From a virus (Duplodnaviria > Caudoviricetes): 56,140 nt of DNA. How positions within the stretch are numbered: the first letter of the stretch is position 1; each line of letters begins with the position of its first letter. The stretch lies in the IMG/VR virus record IMGVR_UViG_3300012005_000007, positions 1-56,140 of that record. The stretch is one strand, 5' to 3'. Position numbers and translations under genes: made by a program. Positions 27,879 to 38,054 of the stretch are shown here, piece by piece. A model generated the notes under the pieces. It made no database searches and was not told where the DNA came from. It was given only the letters and a program-made list of their open reading frames with translations.

Positions 27879-29390
27879 ATGACTCCACAAGATAAACAAA
27901 ACTCAGAAAGAATTCTTGATATGTACACTTCAGACCTTGAAAAAGGTGGAAAACGTGCAGAAATTGGTGAAGTAAGAACTTGGGCAGGACAAAAATGGGT
28001 AAAACATACAGATGGTTGGGTACATATATCCGAAAAAACTGGAAAACACCTTCTTGAATTACCAGGTGGTAAAAGAGTATCTGCCGAACCCCACCATATT
28101 GAACATGCTAAAAAATACTTGAGTAGTAATAAGGAAGTTGGAAGTCTTAAAAAACTAAATAATGGAAATATAAAAACCTTAATAAATGGTAAGGAATATA
28201 TATTTGGTTTTAATGCAGATGAAAGTGGTATATATGGAATAGTTCTACCAGGGGAAGAAACTTTTAGTAATATAAATAAAGGTGAAGCAAAAAAAATATA
28301 TGAAAAGTATAGTGAAGAAATCTTAAAATTTTCAAAAGAAAAACTTTCAACCAACAGTAATATTGTTGATTATGCAGCACGTATGTTTGGAACAGCCGAA
28401 TATCCAGTCATAAATAAAATACTGATTGAAGTTCAACCAAAACTTGATGCAGTAGTTGAGGCGACACGTAAATTTTGTGAAAACCATGAACCAAATCCTT
28501 TAAAATTTGATGAGCGTGATAAAGAATATTGTGAAATAGAAACAATAGGCAAACTTTTAAGTTCACTAGGAAAATATATTAAGAAAACAGATAAAATTTC
28601 AGAGCGTTACCCAATGACTTTTTCTAATACTGCAAAAGGGGTAGAAATAAAATCTCAAATTGAACGAGAAGGAAAAGTATATAATTTTGATACAGATTGT
28701 ATAACCGCAGGTGGATATAATATTCAGGCATGGCATTATCGTTATTTAATCAAAACAGACTTACCCGCAATTCATAACCCTTTCACCGCAAAAATTGAAA
28801 ACCGGGTGAAGGCAATGAAGAAAGAAGATAAACTGGTTGAAGAAATAAAAAGAACAGAAGGGTACCTTGAACGTACAAAATCTGAATACGAAAAAATTAA
28901 AGATATAACCAAAGAAATTTCAGATAAAGAATGGGAAGATAAATACTCTTATCCTAAAACTTATGAAGAAACAAATGAAGGGTCTCATTTAAGAAATCAA
29001 GGACCTGAAAAATTTTATGACTACATAGCTCAAGAAAAAGCAAGGCATTACGAAAGAATTCAAGAACAAGTTAAATATCTACCAAAACAAATCAAACAAC
29101 AAGAAAAAGAAGTTCAAAAGTATAAAGACAAACTAGAAGAAACCATTAAAAATAAATGGAACGAAATTGAAGAACCAGCCGAAGGTGATTTTAAAATAAT
29201 TCGTGACCGTCAAAATTATGGACGTCAACCAGGAATCCATTTACACAAATTTGAAAACGGAAATTATAAACGGTTAGTTACTACTTATGGTAAAAATGTA
29301 CGATCTGCAGGGTTTGACCCGTACAAGGATGAAGACATAATAAAATATTATAACTGGAAGAAAGAAAATCCAGATAAACCAAAAGACTAG
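27879..29390 (+). CDS. Tagged modular protein (AEIGEVRTW tag; AGGYNIQxxHYRY domain; coiled coil)
   Basis: ILDMY leader, LEK|GGKRAEIGEVRTW; ~55-aa block shared with the 22911 protein. Confidence 0.75.
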   Translation: MTPQDKQNSERILDMYTSDLEKGGKRAEIGEVRTWAGQKWVKHTDGWVHISEKTGKHLLELPGGKRVSAEPHHIEHAKKYLSSNKEVGSLKKLNNGNIKTLINGKEYIFGFNADESGIYGIVLPGEETFSNINKGEAKKIYEKYSEEILKFSKEKLSTNSNIVDYAARMFGTAEYPVINKILIEVQPKLDAVVEATRKFCENHEPNPLKFDERDKEYCEIETIGKLLSSLGKYIKKTDKISERYPMTFSNTAKGVEIKSQIEREGKVYNFDTDCITAGGYNIQAWHYRYLIKTDLPAIHNPFTAKIENRVKAMKKEDKLVEEIKRTEGYLERTKSEYEKIKDITKEISDKEWEDKYSYPKTYEETNEGSHLRNQGPEKFYDYIAQEKARHYERIQEQVKYLPKQIKQQEKEVQKYKDKLEETIKNKWNEIEEPAEGDFKIIRDRQNYGRQPGIHLHKFENGNYKRLVTTYGKNVRSAGFDPYKDEDIIKYYNWKKENPDKPKD

Positions 29391-29418
29391 AATCTAAATT
29401 CTTTTTTCTTTTTTTGTT

Positions 29419-29451
29419 ACCCTAATTGTCAAAAGGCAGTTAGGGTTTTTT
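29419..29451 (+). terminator. Intrinsic terminator
   Basis: ACCCTAATTGTC/GGCAGTTAGGGT stem plus T run. Confidence 0.75.
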
Positions 29452-29487
29452 GCGTTTTGAGGAGTTTATTACCTATATTTAAGTATA

Positions 29488-30582
29488 ATGCCTACAGAAC
29501 TAGAACTAAAAACTGAAGAGGAAACACAAATAATCTTAAGAACAGATTACTATAATTATATATTATGTGATCCAAGAAAAGAAAAATATATAATTAAACT
29601 AATCAATGTATTGTTACCTGGTGAACCATTTTATGTGGGACGGGGTTGTGACTGTAGGAAAACTGAACATTTAAGAGAAGTAAGAAACAATTTAGAAGAT
29701 GAAGGTTTTTATGAATGTGGAAATAAAGAGAAGAAAAAGAAAATAAGAGAAATTATTAAAAGTGGTCATTTACCAATTATTTTTCTTGTTAAACAAAATA
29801 TAAGTTTTCAAGAATCAGTTTTTTCTGAAAGATTTTTAATACGAGTAATTGGTTGTGCAGATAAAAAGAAGGGACCTTTAACAAACTTAACAGACGGTGG
29901 TGAAGGAACTGAAGGGTATAGGCATACTCCTGAAACTAAAGAAAAATTTTCTCTTCAAAAGAAAGGTAAGAAAAGGCGTCCTGGAACTTATAATTATCTT
30001 TTCCAAAGTACTTATCAACTTTCATTATCTGGTGAAGTGATTGAACACTTTGAATCTTTAACAGCTGCAATGGTTAAAACAGGTATTGATAAATCTTCTA
30101 TTATGAATATTTGTAAAAAGAAAGGAGAATCCAAAACTGCAGGCGGATTTTGTTGGTGTTATGTAGAAGATTTAGAACAAAGACAAAAGGGGTTAAGTCA
30201 ATTCACCTTAGATGGTGAATTTATAAAAGAATGGGATGATAGTATTCAAATTACTAAAGAATTAAAAATAGATGGATCTTTAATTAGTCCTGTATGTACT
30301 GGAAGAACAAAAACTTGTGCTGGTTTTGGTTGGTGTTATCTAAATGATAAAGAAATCTATCAAGAGAAATTAAAGAAAAATCCATTAAAAGTAATATTTA
30401 AAAAACTTAAAGTTAAACAATTTGATATAAACCATAATTTTATTTCAGAATATAATTCTTTAGAAGAAACCTCAAGAAATACTAATATAAGTGTTGATAG
30501 AATTAGAGCTTGTTGTAAAGGGATTAAAATGGATGGTAAAGCTGGTGGATTTTTCTTTGAGTATTCAGACAAAGTAGGGTAG
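29488..30582 (+). CDS. GIY-YIG-like homing endonuclease with NUMOD3/NUMOD1 repeats
   Basis: YNYILCDPR...PFYVGRG...R; NLTDGGEG; HTPETKEK; three Q.S/T/D..G....F.S...C...KTAGGF.W repeats. Confidence 0.8.
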   Translation: MPTELELKTEEETQIILRTDYYNYILCDPRKEKYIIKLINVLLPGEPFYVGRGCDCRKTEHLREVRNNLEDEGFYECGNKEKKKKIREIIKSGHLPIIFLVKQNISFQESVFSERFLIRVIGCADKKKGPLTNLTDGGEGTEGYRHTPETKEKFSLQKKGKKRRPGTYNYLFQSTYQLSLSGEVIEHFESLTAAMVKTGIDKSSIMNICKKKGESKTAGGFCWCYVEDLEQRQKGLSQFTLDGEFIKEWDDSIQITKELKIDGSLISPVCTGRTKTCAGFGWCYLNDKEIYQEKLKKNPLKVIFKKLKVKQFDINHNFISEYNSLEETSRNTNISVDRIRACCKGIKMDGKAGGFFFEYSDKVG

Positions 30583-30615
30583 TTTTTGATTTAGAACTTT
30601 TAATCCATAATTTTA
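30579..30615 (+). promoter_or_regulatory. Bipartite promoter GTAGTTT-N22-TAATTTTA
   Basis: Exact consensus upstream of the protease/capsid operon. Confidence 0.75.
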
Positions 30616-30634
30616 AAGAATATATCAAAACTAA

Positions 30635-32347
30635 ATGTCCAAAAAAGTACAAAATAAATTCAATTTTCAAATACCAATGCAAAAAATAGAGAAATCTAAA
30701 GGTGCAGACGGTAAGGAAATAATGAAATTTAAAGGTATATGTTCTTCTAAAACTGAAGATTCTGATGGTGAAACTTTACATCCAGATGGATTTGACTTTC
30801 AGCCTTTAATGGAGAAAGGTTTTATTAACTATAATCACCAAGCAGGGAAATCCTCAGGAACTATAGTTGGTCGTCCAACTAAATGTGAAGTTATAAACGG
30901 GGGAGACGCTCTATATCTAGAGGGTATTTTGTACCCGGAAGTTGATGAGGCACAAAAAATCTATAAACTTGCAAAAGCATTAGAAAATGACCCTACAGGG
31001 CGCCACTTATCGTTCAGTATAGAAGGCAATGCTACACAGAGAGACCCTTTTAACCCTAAGAAAGTTTTAAAGGCAACTATTACTGACGTGGCGATATGCC
31101 ATAAACCTAAAAACTCTAATACCTTCATGCAAATTATGAAAGGTGAACAAGAACAAGATTTTGTAACAACCAACGGTGAAGATGAAGAATCAGGCGAAAT
31201 AAACCAACCAATAGAAGGAGAAGATGAAACTGAAAAAGCCTTAACCGCAGAAACCGTAACCAATACTTTTGGAGTACCAGATATTGAAGGAACACCAAAA
31301 AAACTTTTAGCGAAAAGCGAAATATACAAATCATTAATATCTAAATATGATATTGATAATATTGAAAAAGCAAAAGAAATTTATACATTCATTGATACAG
31401 TAAACACAAAATTATATAACAACATGGAAGGAATTACTTCTGAGGCTCTAGTAAAAGCATTTGAGTTTCTAGATACACAAATAACTAAAAGTGAAGAAGT
31501 CGAAATAGTTAAAGCCGAAGGCGGAGTACAAGATGATAACCAAGGCACTGAAGACGAAATAGAAGCTTCAAAGAAAAAAGAAGAAATGGAAAAATCAAAA
31601 GAATTTGCAGTTGAAAACCTTAAAAAAGGTATGTCAAAAGATGAAAATATTGAAGACTGTATCCGTAAAGGAATCTCATTATCAGAATCACAAACAGCTG
31701 TAGAAAGCGCAATTTCAGAATATGAAGCTGGTGAAAAAGAAGGTGGTACAATAACCGCAGTCGTAGATCCAACAATATCATTACAATTAGCGGAAGTATC
31801 AAAAACAGTTGCAGAGTTAACAAAAGCAATTGAAGCACTAACAACCAAAGACACTTTACAAAAGGCAGAAGGCGAAGAAGTAGAAAATACGTTAACAACA
31901 TTATTAAAAGCCCAAAATGATGGACTTAATGACAGGTTTAGTTCAATGGGTGTAATATTAAAAAGCGTTTTTGAAAACTCTGAACTTTTAAAAGCATCAG
32001 TTGAAGAATTAACTGCAGAAAACGAAGAATTAAAAACTACGGTAAATGCAATTGCAAAAAGTTCAGATGGTCCAAAATCTGTACAACGAGTGACAGCGAA
32101 ACCGGTTGATAGATTTATGAAGAGTGAAGGTTCTGGACAAGAAGGTTCAATGACTTACCAATTATCAGACAAAGCGTCTTGTGGTGCATTAACAGATAGA
32201 TTGTTTGCAGATTATACTCTACAGAAGTCTAAGGGTATAGATGACAGTGAGTTGAAGAAGGGTATTGAAAATATAGAATTTACAAAAACATTAACTCCAG
32301 CATTTCAGGCACGTCTTGAGAAGCAAGGTATTAACGTAGTAAGATAA
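30635..32347 (+). CDS. Prohead protease fused to scaffold-like C-terminal region
   Basis: FKGICSS...DSDGE, GFINYNH and SFSIEG herpes-fold protease motifs; acidic coiled-coil tail with about 20 xxK|[GAS] sites; upstream of capsid. Confidence 0.88.
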   Translation: MSKKVQNKFNFQIPMQKIEKSKGADGKEIMKFKGICSSKTEDSDGETLHPDGFDFQPLMEKGFINYNHQAGKSSGTIVGRPTKCEVINGGDALYLEGILYPEVDEAQKIYKLAKALENDPTGRHLSFSIEGNATQRDPFNPKKVLKATITDVAICHKPKNSNTFMQIMKGEQEQDFVTTNGEDEESGEINQPIEGEDETEKALTAETVTNTFGVPDIEGTPKKLLAKSEIYKSLISKYDIDNIEKAKEIYTFIDTVNTKLYNNMEGITSEALVKAFEFLDTQITKSEEVEIVKAEGGVQDDNQGTEDEIEASKKKEEMEKSKEFAVENLKKGMSKDENIEDCIRKGISLSESQTAVESAISEYEAGEKEGGTITAVVDPTISLQLAEVSKTVAELTKAIEALTTKDTLQKAEGEEVENTLTTLLKAQNDGLNDRFSSMGVILKSVFENSELLKASVEELTAENEELKTTVNAIAKSSDGPKSVQRVTAKPVDRFMKSEGSGQEGSMTYQLSDKASCGALTDRLFADYTLQKSKGIDDSELKKGIENIEFTKTLTPAFQARLEKQGINVVR

Positions 32348-32476
32348 CGAATTTAGTAATAAATTCAAAAGATAATAAACAAAACGAATTTTTTATAAAA
32401 ATTCTTATAAATCGGTTAAAATCGCATCTTTTAAAAATTGGTATACATCGTAAATAATGAAAAAATTTTTATATAA

Positions 32477-33946
32477 ATGATTAGTTTAGCTGATTACCAA
32501 GATGGATTTCTTGGTACAGAACAAGAAGGTCTGCAAGAGTTGCAAAAAGCAATGGTTGCGGGCGAAATTACAGGTAGGGATATAACCAACTTACCTTTAA
32601 CTCAAGAACCACTTAAAGTGGAATCACTTGAAAAAACACTTAAATTATTGGATTATCGTCCAAGTGATATTAAGTTATGGGGTGCAGTTCCTAAAATGGT
32701 TGCATATAATACAGTAGAAGAATTCTTGCAATTGCAATCTTATGGTTCTGATGCAAACTTTTATGATGAAGGTGAGTTATCTGATGTAAGTGACTCTACT
32801 TATGTAAGACGTGCAACTTATGTTAAATACATACAACAAACTGGTGAAGTTACAATTCAAGCTCAAATGGTTAAGTCGTATGTTGAGGCCTATGGTCAAG
32901 AATGTAAGAATAAATTAATGAATGTGTTACGTTCTGCAGATAAGTATTTAACTAATGCAGATAGTGATATAATTCCTCAACAATTTGACTCTTTCTACAA
33001 ACAACATGCTTCTATTGGTGGTACACCAGAGTATCTATATCCAAACTTTGAAGCTTATTATAATTCAGGAGTCGTAGTTGATATGCGTGGAAAGTCAATT
33101 AAACAAATTGATATTGAAAGTGCTGCTGTAAATGTGGATAGCCATTATGGTACTGCTAACGTACTATTTGGTCCAACTTCAGTTATCTCAACTATATCTC
33201 AGGATTATTTTGAGACACAACGTATTATGTACGGTGGTGGAGTTAACGCAGCTGTAACCGGAGTAGGTGTAAATATCCAGGAAATTTCCACAACTATGGG
33301 CCCAATTAAGTTAATGGGTGATAAGTTTATGAAAGCAGACCCTGCTCATTTACTTACCGATGCAGCCACCAATGCAAAAGCACCAGCTGCACCAGCAACT
33401 GTAACTGCTACTTTGGCCGCAGATAGTATGTGTCATTATTTGACAGCTGAAATAGGTAATGTTTATTATGCAGTAGCAGCTATTAATCGTTATGGTCAAT
33501 CTAACTTAACTCCTATTGGTTCTGCAATAGCAATAACTGTAGGTGATAGAGTTGATCTGGCAATAACCGCAGGTACTGGTGCAAATGCAGCTTCAGGTTA
33601 TTATATCTACCGTACAGCAGTAACAACTGCAGGTTCATCTACTGGTTTAACTTTTTACCCACTGTTTAAAGTTTCAGCTACACAGTTGACTAATGGTTAT
33701 AACAATGCAGCTGCTGGTCATATTGGTGACTTAGGTTACTTCTTACCAAATACAGAAGGGGCGTTTGTAACACAGATGGATGATGAAGTAATGGCTATTA
33801 AGCAACTTGCTCCTCCATCAAAACTTGATTTGGCAGTAATTTCAATGAGCCGTAGGTTTATCGTGTTCTCATTTTTATCGTGTGTCTTGAGCGCACCTCA
33901 AAAATTTGTGAGATTCATAAATGTGGGCAGGACACACACAGTTTAA
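32477..33946 (+). CDS. Major capsid protein (Herelleviridae-like precursor)
   Basis: PLKVESLE, EGELSDVSDSTYVRR..VKY, QFD, VVDMRG, LAP..KLDLA and APQKFVRFINV; propeptide ends ELQK24|A. Confidence 0.92.
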   Translation: MISLADYQDGFLGTEQEGLQELQKAMVAGEITGRDITNLPLTQEPLKVESLEKTLKLLDYRPSDIKLWGAVPKMVAYNTVEEFLQLQSYGSDANFYDEGELSDVSDSTYVRRATYVKYIQQTGEVTIQAQMVKSYVEAYGQECKNKLMNVLRSADKYLTNADSDIIPQQFDSFYKQHASIGGTPEYLYPNFEAYYNSGVVVDMRGKSIKQIDIESAAVNVDSHYGTANVLFGPTSVISTISQDYFETQRIMYGGGVNAAVTGVGVNIQEISTTMGPIKLMGDKFMKADPAHLLTDAATNAKAPAAPATVTATLAADSMCHYLTAEIGNVYYAVAAINRYGQSNLTPIGSAIAITVGDRVDLAITAGTGANAASGYYIYRTAVTTAGSSTGLTFYPLFKVSATQLTNGYNNAAAGHIGDLGYFLPNTEGAFVTQMDDEVMAIKQLAPPSKLDLAVISMSRRFIVFSFLSCVLSAPQKFVRFINVGRTHTV

Positions 33947-33969
33947 GGTATTAATTAATAATTAATATT

Positions 33970-33998
33970 AAGGAGTAGAAATTTTCTACTCCTTTTTT
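33970..33998 (+). terminator. Intrinsic terminator after capsid gene
   Basis: AAGGAGTAGAA/TTCTACTCCTT stem plus T run. Confidence 0.85.
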
Positions 33999-34041
33999 AA
34001 AAGAAATAAAGTATTTTGATTTATAACAGGTATTTTTAAAA

Positions 34042-35031
34042 ATGGAAATAGATATACAATACAGGTTTTTACCAGGAGTTTATAAAATAATTAACACTAT
34101 AACAAATAAACCATACATTGGTTCTACAGTTGATTTATATGAAAGACTTTCTTGGCAACATTTAAGAGAATTAAGGCTAGGTATTCATATAAATAACCAT
34201 TTACAAAATAGTTGGAAATGCTATGGAGAGGAAGTATTTATTTATGAAATAGTAGAAATAGTTGATTTTATAGAAGATGAAATTGAATTAAATAATTTTT
34301 TACTTGAGCTAGAACAATACTATTTAGACACTGAACTTTTTGCACAAGAATACATTCGTGGTGAAGATAAAAGATTTCTTGAGTATGGGTATAATTTAAC
34401 ACCTACCGCAGGTAAAACAATAGGTTGGAAGGTAAATGAAGAACAAATAGAAAGAAATAGAACTACAATGATTGAGTGTTGGAAAGATCCAGAATATAGA
34501 AGAAAAAGAGAGGAATATTATAAAAATAGAGAACCAATAAGTAAACCTCATTCTGAAGAAACAAAAGAGAAAATAAGGCAAAAAGCAATTTTAAAATATA
34601 GTGATCCAATAAGGAAAGCTGAATTAACTGCATACCAACAAACTGGAGAGTATAAACAAAAAATTTCAGTAAAATCAAAGGCTAATTGGCAGAAACCTGA
34701 ATATGTTGAAAAATTAAAAAATAGTCCATTTTTTACTGGTAGAAAAGAAAGAACTTTAAAAAATTGGCAAAACCCTGAATACAATGAAAAACGTTTAAAA
34801 ACCTGGAATGAAACTAAATCAAATCCAAATTATTTAAACCCTAACTCTCAACCAGTAGAATTAATACATACAGTTACCAAGGAATCTTTAAAGTTTAAAG
34901 ATGTAAAAAGTTGTAAAGATTGGATACTTGAAAAATTTGGTAATAAACCTCAATTAATAGATTACTGTAATGGTAAAAAATTATTTAAAGGTTATGAAGT
35001 AATTTATCACCCAAAACCAAATAGTTTATAA
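34042..35031 (+). CDS. GIY-YIG homing endonuclease (Seg-like)
   Basis: GVYKIIN...YIGST...R, HLQNSW, EQYY, GYN and HSEETKEK. Confidence 0.88.
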   Translation: MEIDIQYRFLPGVYKIINTITNKPYIGSTVDLYERLSWQHLRELRLGIHINNHLQNSWKCYGEEVFIYEIVEIVDFIEDEIELNNFLLELEQYYLDTELFAQEYIRGEDKRFLEYGYNLTPTAGKTIGWKVNEEQIERNRTTMIECWKDPEYRRKREEYYKNREPISKPHSEETKEKIRQKAILKYSDPIRKAELTAYQQTGEYKQKISVKSKANWQKPEYVEKLKNSPFFTGRKERTLKNWQNPEYNEKRLKTWNETKSNPNYLNPNSQPVELIHTVTKESLKFKDVKSCKDWILEKFGNKPQLIDYCNGKKLFKGYEVIYHPKPNSL

Positions 35032-35034
35032 TGT

Positions 35035-35071
35035 GTAGTTTCTTTTCTCACTCAACTTCTTTTTATATTTA
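35035..35071 (+). promoter_or_regulatory. Bipartite promoter GTAGTTT-N22-TATATTTA
   Basis: Exact consensus. Confidence 0.75.
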
Positions 35072-35092
35072 CACTTCACCAAAAATATTAAA

Positions 35093-35851
35093 ATGCAAAC
35101 CGATAAATTGATAGTTATTACAACAGACGAGTATAAAAGAGGACAGACAAACACGGTTCCTTTCTTAGGAACTATAGACATCGACCACGAAGGAAAGACT
35201 TACTTAGACCCCTCATTACTTGAGAAAGCACAGGCATTAGAAGGTCGTAATATTAACTTCTTTGTATATAAAGAAGGAACTGATTACTCTCCAAAAAAAG
35301 TGGAAGTAAAAAGAAAAACAGTTGTTCAAGATATTCAAAAAATACCAGAAGAACATCTTGAAAAACTTGTTAATCATCCAGATATCATAAAGTACTTTAC
35401 AGATCTTTATGCCTCTAAATTTATAGAACTTCAAGACCAAGTAGAAAATTTTAAAGACGAAAAAGAACAATACATACAGTTCACTCAAGAATTACAGCGT
35501 GAGATTGAGAAAAAAGATTTAGAAATTAGTTTTTTAAAGGAAAAATCAGAAGGTGACCAAATTAAACCTCAAGTTCAAGAAGACGAAGATCTATCTAAGA
35601 AAAAAACTGAAGGAGATCCAATAAAACCCCAAACCGAAGAATCTGAAATACTTTCAGTAGACCAATTCTTAAAAGATAAAGTTGAAGCAGGATATACAGC
35701 CGAACAGCAGAAAATGGTTAACGTTATTAATTCTAAATCAGTTGAAGACCTTAGAAAGAAATTCTGTAGTGTTTATCCATTAAAAGAATGGAAAGACCTG
35801 AAAGGTAAACAAGTAAAAGATTACCTTATTGGTAAACTTAAAAAAGCGTAA
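35093..35851 (+). CDS. Hypothetical coiled-coil protein (late operon)
   Basis: 252-aa ORF with short duplicated EGDxIKPQ motif. Confidence 0.7.
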   Translation: MQTDKLIVITTDEYKRGQTNTVPFLGTIDIDHEGKTYLDPSLLEKAQALEGRNINFFVYKEGTDYSPKKVEVKRKTVVQDIQKIPEEHLEKLVNHPDIIKYFTDLYASKFIELQDQVENFKDEKEQYIQFTQELQREIEKKDLEISFLKEKSEGDQIKPQVQEDEDLSKKKTEGDPIKPQTEESEILSVDQFLKDKVEAGYTAEQQKMVNVINSKSVEDLRKKFCSVYPLKEWKDLKGKQVKDYLIGKLKKA

Positions 35852-35869
35852 ACACATTATTATATTAAA

Positions 35870-36658
35870 GTGCCTTCTATAAATTTTGTTGCAAAGTACA
35901 CAGTCGACTTAATGTCGGTCCTTTCACCCTCAGATCTCCGTGATAAATATCTTTTTGGTATAGATTTATCAAAAAATGGTCAAGTGGTAGATGATACGTT
36001 GTTATCTTATTATATAAATGCAGCGACCGAATCTATAGAAAGAGAACTTAATATAAAACTTTCAAAAACAGTCATTGATGAACGTAAAGATTTTTACGGA
36101 GATGATTGGAAGACATGGGGGTACATGAAGGGTTCTTACCCAATTGTTTGTCCACTTGGATTAAATGGTTATCTTGGAACAGTTAAACAAGTACAATACC
36201 CATTAAGTTGGTTATCAAGTCGTAAAACTTCTGATGGTAAATTATATTCTAGACTGATGTATATGGTACCAAATACCGGTGCATCATATTCTGAAGTTGT
36301 AGTATTTACAGGACTTGTACCACTTACTAATGGATATGGACAATCAACTCAGATACCTAATTATTGGCAATTACAATACATAACAGGTTTTGATATAATT
36401 CCAAGGGATATACTAAATGCAGTAGGGAAATTGGCAACTATAAATGTATTGATGGTTGCAAGTGATTTTTTATTACGCTCCCCAGGTGTTTCTTCTCAAT
36501 CAGTTTCTATAGATGGACTATCTCAATCAACCTCAAGTTTTGTAAATGGAACTACTGGTTTATTTGGGTCAAGGGTTAAACAGTATACAGACGAATTAAC
36601 CAAGGAGATTGCAAACTTACGTAATTACTATAGTGATATACTAATGGTTACCTGCTAA
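35870..36658 (+). CDS. Head-tail adaptor / neck protein
   Basis: Y+TGF..IP.D...AVGKLA and GVSSQSVSIDGLSQS motifs; synteny. Confidence 0.7.
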   Translation: MPSINFVAKYTVDLMSVLSPSDLRDKYLFGIDLSKNGQVVDDTLLSYYINAATESIERELNIKLSKTVIDERKDFYGDDWKTWGYMKGSYPIVCPLGLNGYLGTVKQVQYPLSWLSSRKTSDGKLYSRLMYMVPNTGASYSEVVVFTGLVPLTNGYGQSTQIPNYWQLQYITGFDIIPRDILNAVGKLATINVLMVASDFLLRSPGVSSQSVSIDGLSQSTSSFVNGTTGLFGSRVKQYTDELTKEIANLRNYYSDILMVTC

Positions 36659-36689
36659 ATTTTTAGATAAGTTTTTTTCAAAAAATTAT

Positions 36690-37535
36690 ATGTACCCACA
36701 ACCTTCTACAAATATTCAACCCTCACTTAACTACCCAGTAAATACTCCGGATAGAGTAGACTTTGATAAAGATAACTTTGATACACTAGTTGGACAAAAG
36801 GGGAGATCTGTTAAACTTGAACGTTCTTTATTATGTCCATGTAAAGGTGTTTCTTCAAACCAGCAATCAAGTTGTAAAAATTGTGGAGGAAGTGGATATA
36901 TATACTATAACCCTATAACTACTAAAATGGTTATACAAGGTATGGATAAGAGTGTTGATTGGAAACCATGGTCAGAAGAATCCGCAGGGGTAATTAATAT
37001 AACCTCATTTGAAGAAGACCAGATTGCAGTTTTTGATAAAGTTACAGTACTTGAGGCAAATAGTATTTTTTCAGAAGCTCTTAACTTTAAGTATTCATCT
37101 GCACTTTCTCAATATTTTTCTTATACCACTTACCCTATAAAAAAAATGTTGTATAGTGGTTTATTTATAGATGTAAATACGGTACTTACAAGATTGACTG
37201 AAGGTACTGACTTTTCTTATAACGGAGACCGGATATTACTAAATAATTCGTACTATAACCCGACATCCTTACCAAAAACAATTACAGTTAAATATGTTCA
37301 TGCACCAGTATATCTCATTATGGTGATGAAACGTGACTCTATGGAATCTTACGATTATGAAACCGGTGATAAATTAATAAGGTTACCAGTATCTGCAATG
37401 GCAAAACGACTTGCCTATAATATAGTCAAAGAAAATTTATCTGGAGATAGGCTACTTAATAATTCCTTCATAGATACTTGTACAAGCTATACACCACAAG
37501 ATTCTGAGTATGTAAATTATCCACAAGGTACTTAG
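36690..37535 (+). CDS. Head closure / neck protein
   Basis: LCPC...CKNCGGSG motif of Herelleviridae-like neck proteins; synteny. Confidence 0.7.
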   Translation: MYPQPSTNIQPSLNYPVNTPDRVDFDKDNFDTLVGQKGRSVKLERSLLCPCKGVSSNQQSSCKNCGGSGYIYYNPITTKMVIQGMDKSVDWKPWSEESAGVINITSFEEDQIAVFDKVTVLEANSIFSEALNFKYSSALSQYFSYTTYPIKKMLYSGLFIDVNTVLTRLTEGTDFSYNGDRILLNNSYYNPTSLPKTITVKYVHAPVYLIMVMKRDSMESYDYETGDKLIRLPVSAMAKRLAYNIVKENLSGDRLLNNSFIDTCTSYTPQDSEYVNYPQGT

Positions 37536-37572
37536 GTAGTTTTTATTTCTACCTATTTTTTAACTATTTTTA
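37536..37572 (+). promoter_or_regulatory. Bipartite promoter GTAGTTT-N22-TATTTTTA
   Basis: Exact consensus. Confidence 0.75.
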
Positions 37573-37587
37573 CAAAAAATTATAAAG

Positions 37588-38034
37588 TTGAGTACCCTTC
37601 AAATTATTAATCTTGGAACAGTAAAGGCAATTATATCCGGAACTACCCCACCGGTTAATACTCAACTAATATGGTATGATACCACAGTTAATGCTCATAA
37701 AGCTTATAATATTGGTACAGCCTCATGGGTATTATTAGGTTCAGGCGGGTCTTCTGGTTCCCAATTTGATATATTAACATATAATAGTAGTACACTCGGA
37801 CCACCTGAAATAACCTCTTACCAGTCTACATACGCTACACTACTTGGTAATTACCCTACAGTACTGGTTCAGATAAATAAAGGCTCAGGGGTTTATGATG
37901 ATATATACCCACCTATTACTAAAATTTATTCAGGAGTAGGAGATACATTACTTGATACTATTATTATAAACGTAGATCTTGATGGTTCAGGAAATTTGTT
38001 AGATAATATAAGGGTAATATTAATAAAAAACTAA
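37588..38034 (+). CDS. Putative virion fibre/whisker-associated protein
   Basis: GTTPPVNTQLIWYDT motif; Ser/Thr/Gly-rich. Confidence 0.55.
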   Translation: MSTLQIINLGTVKAIISGTTPPVNTQLIWYDTTVNAHKAYNIGTASWVLLGSGGSSGSQFDILTYNSSTLGPPEITSYQSTYATLLGNYPTVLVQINKGSGVYDDIYPPITKIYSGVGDTLLDTIIINVDLDGSGNLLDNIRVILIKN

Positions 38035-38054
38035 CAATTTTTTAAAGAAAATTT

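Noticed and set aside
29488-35031. Group I introns around the GIY-YIG genes
   Set aside because: Flanking protease, capsid and other genes appear complete; each endonuclease has its own promoter box and neighbouring terminator, consistent with free-standing HEGs.
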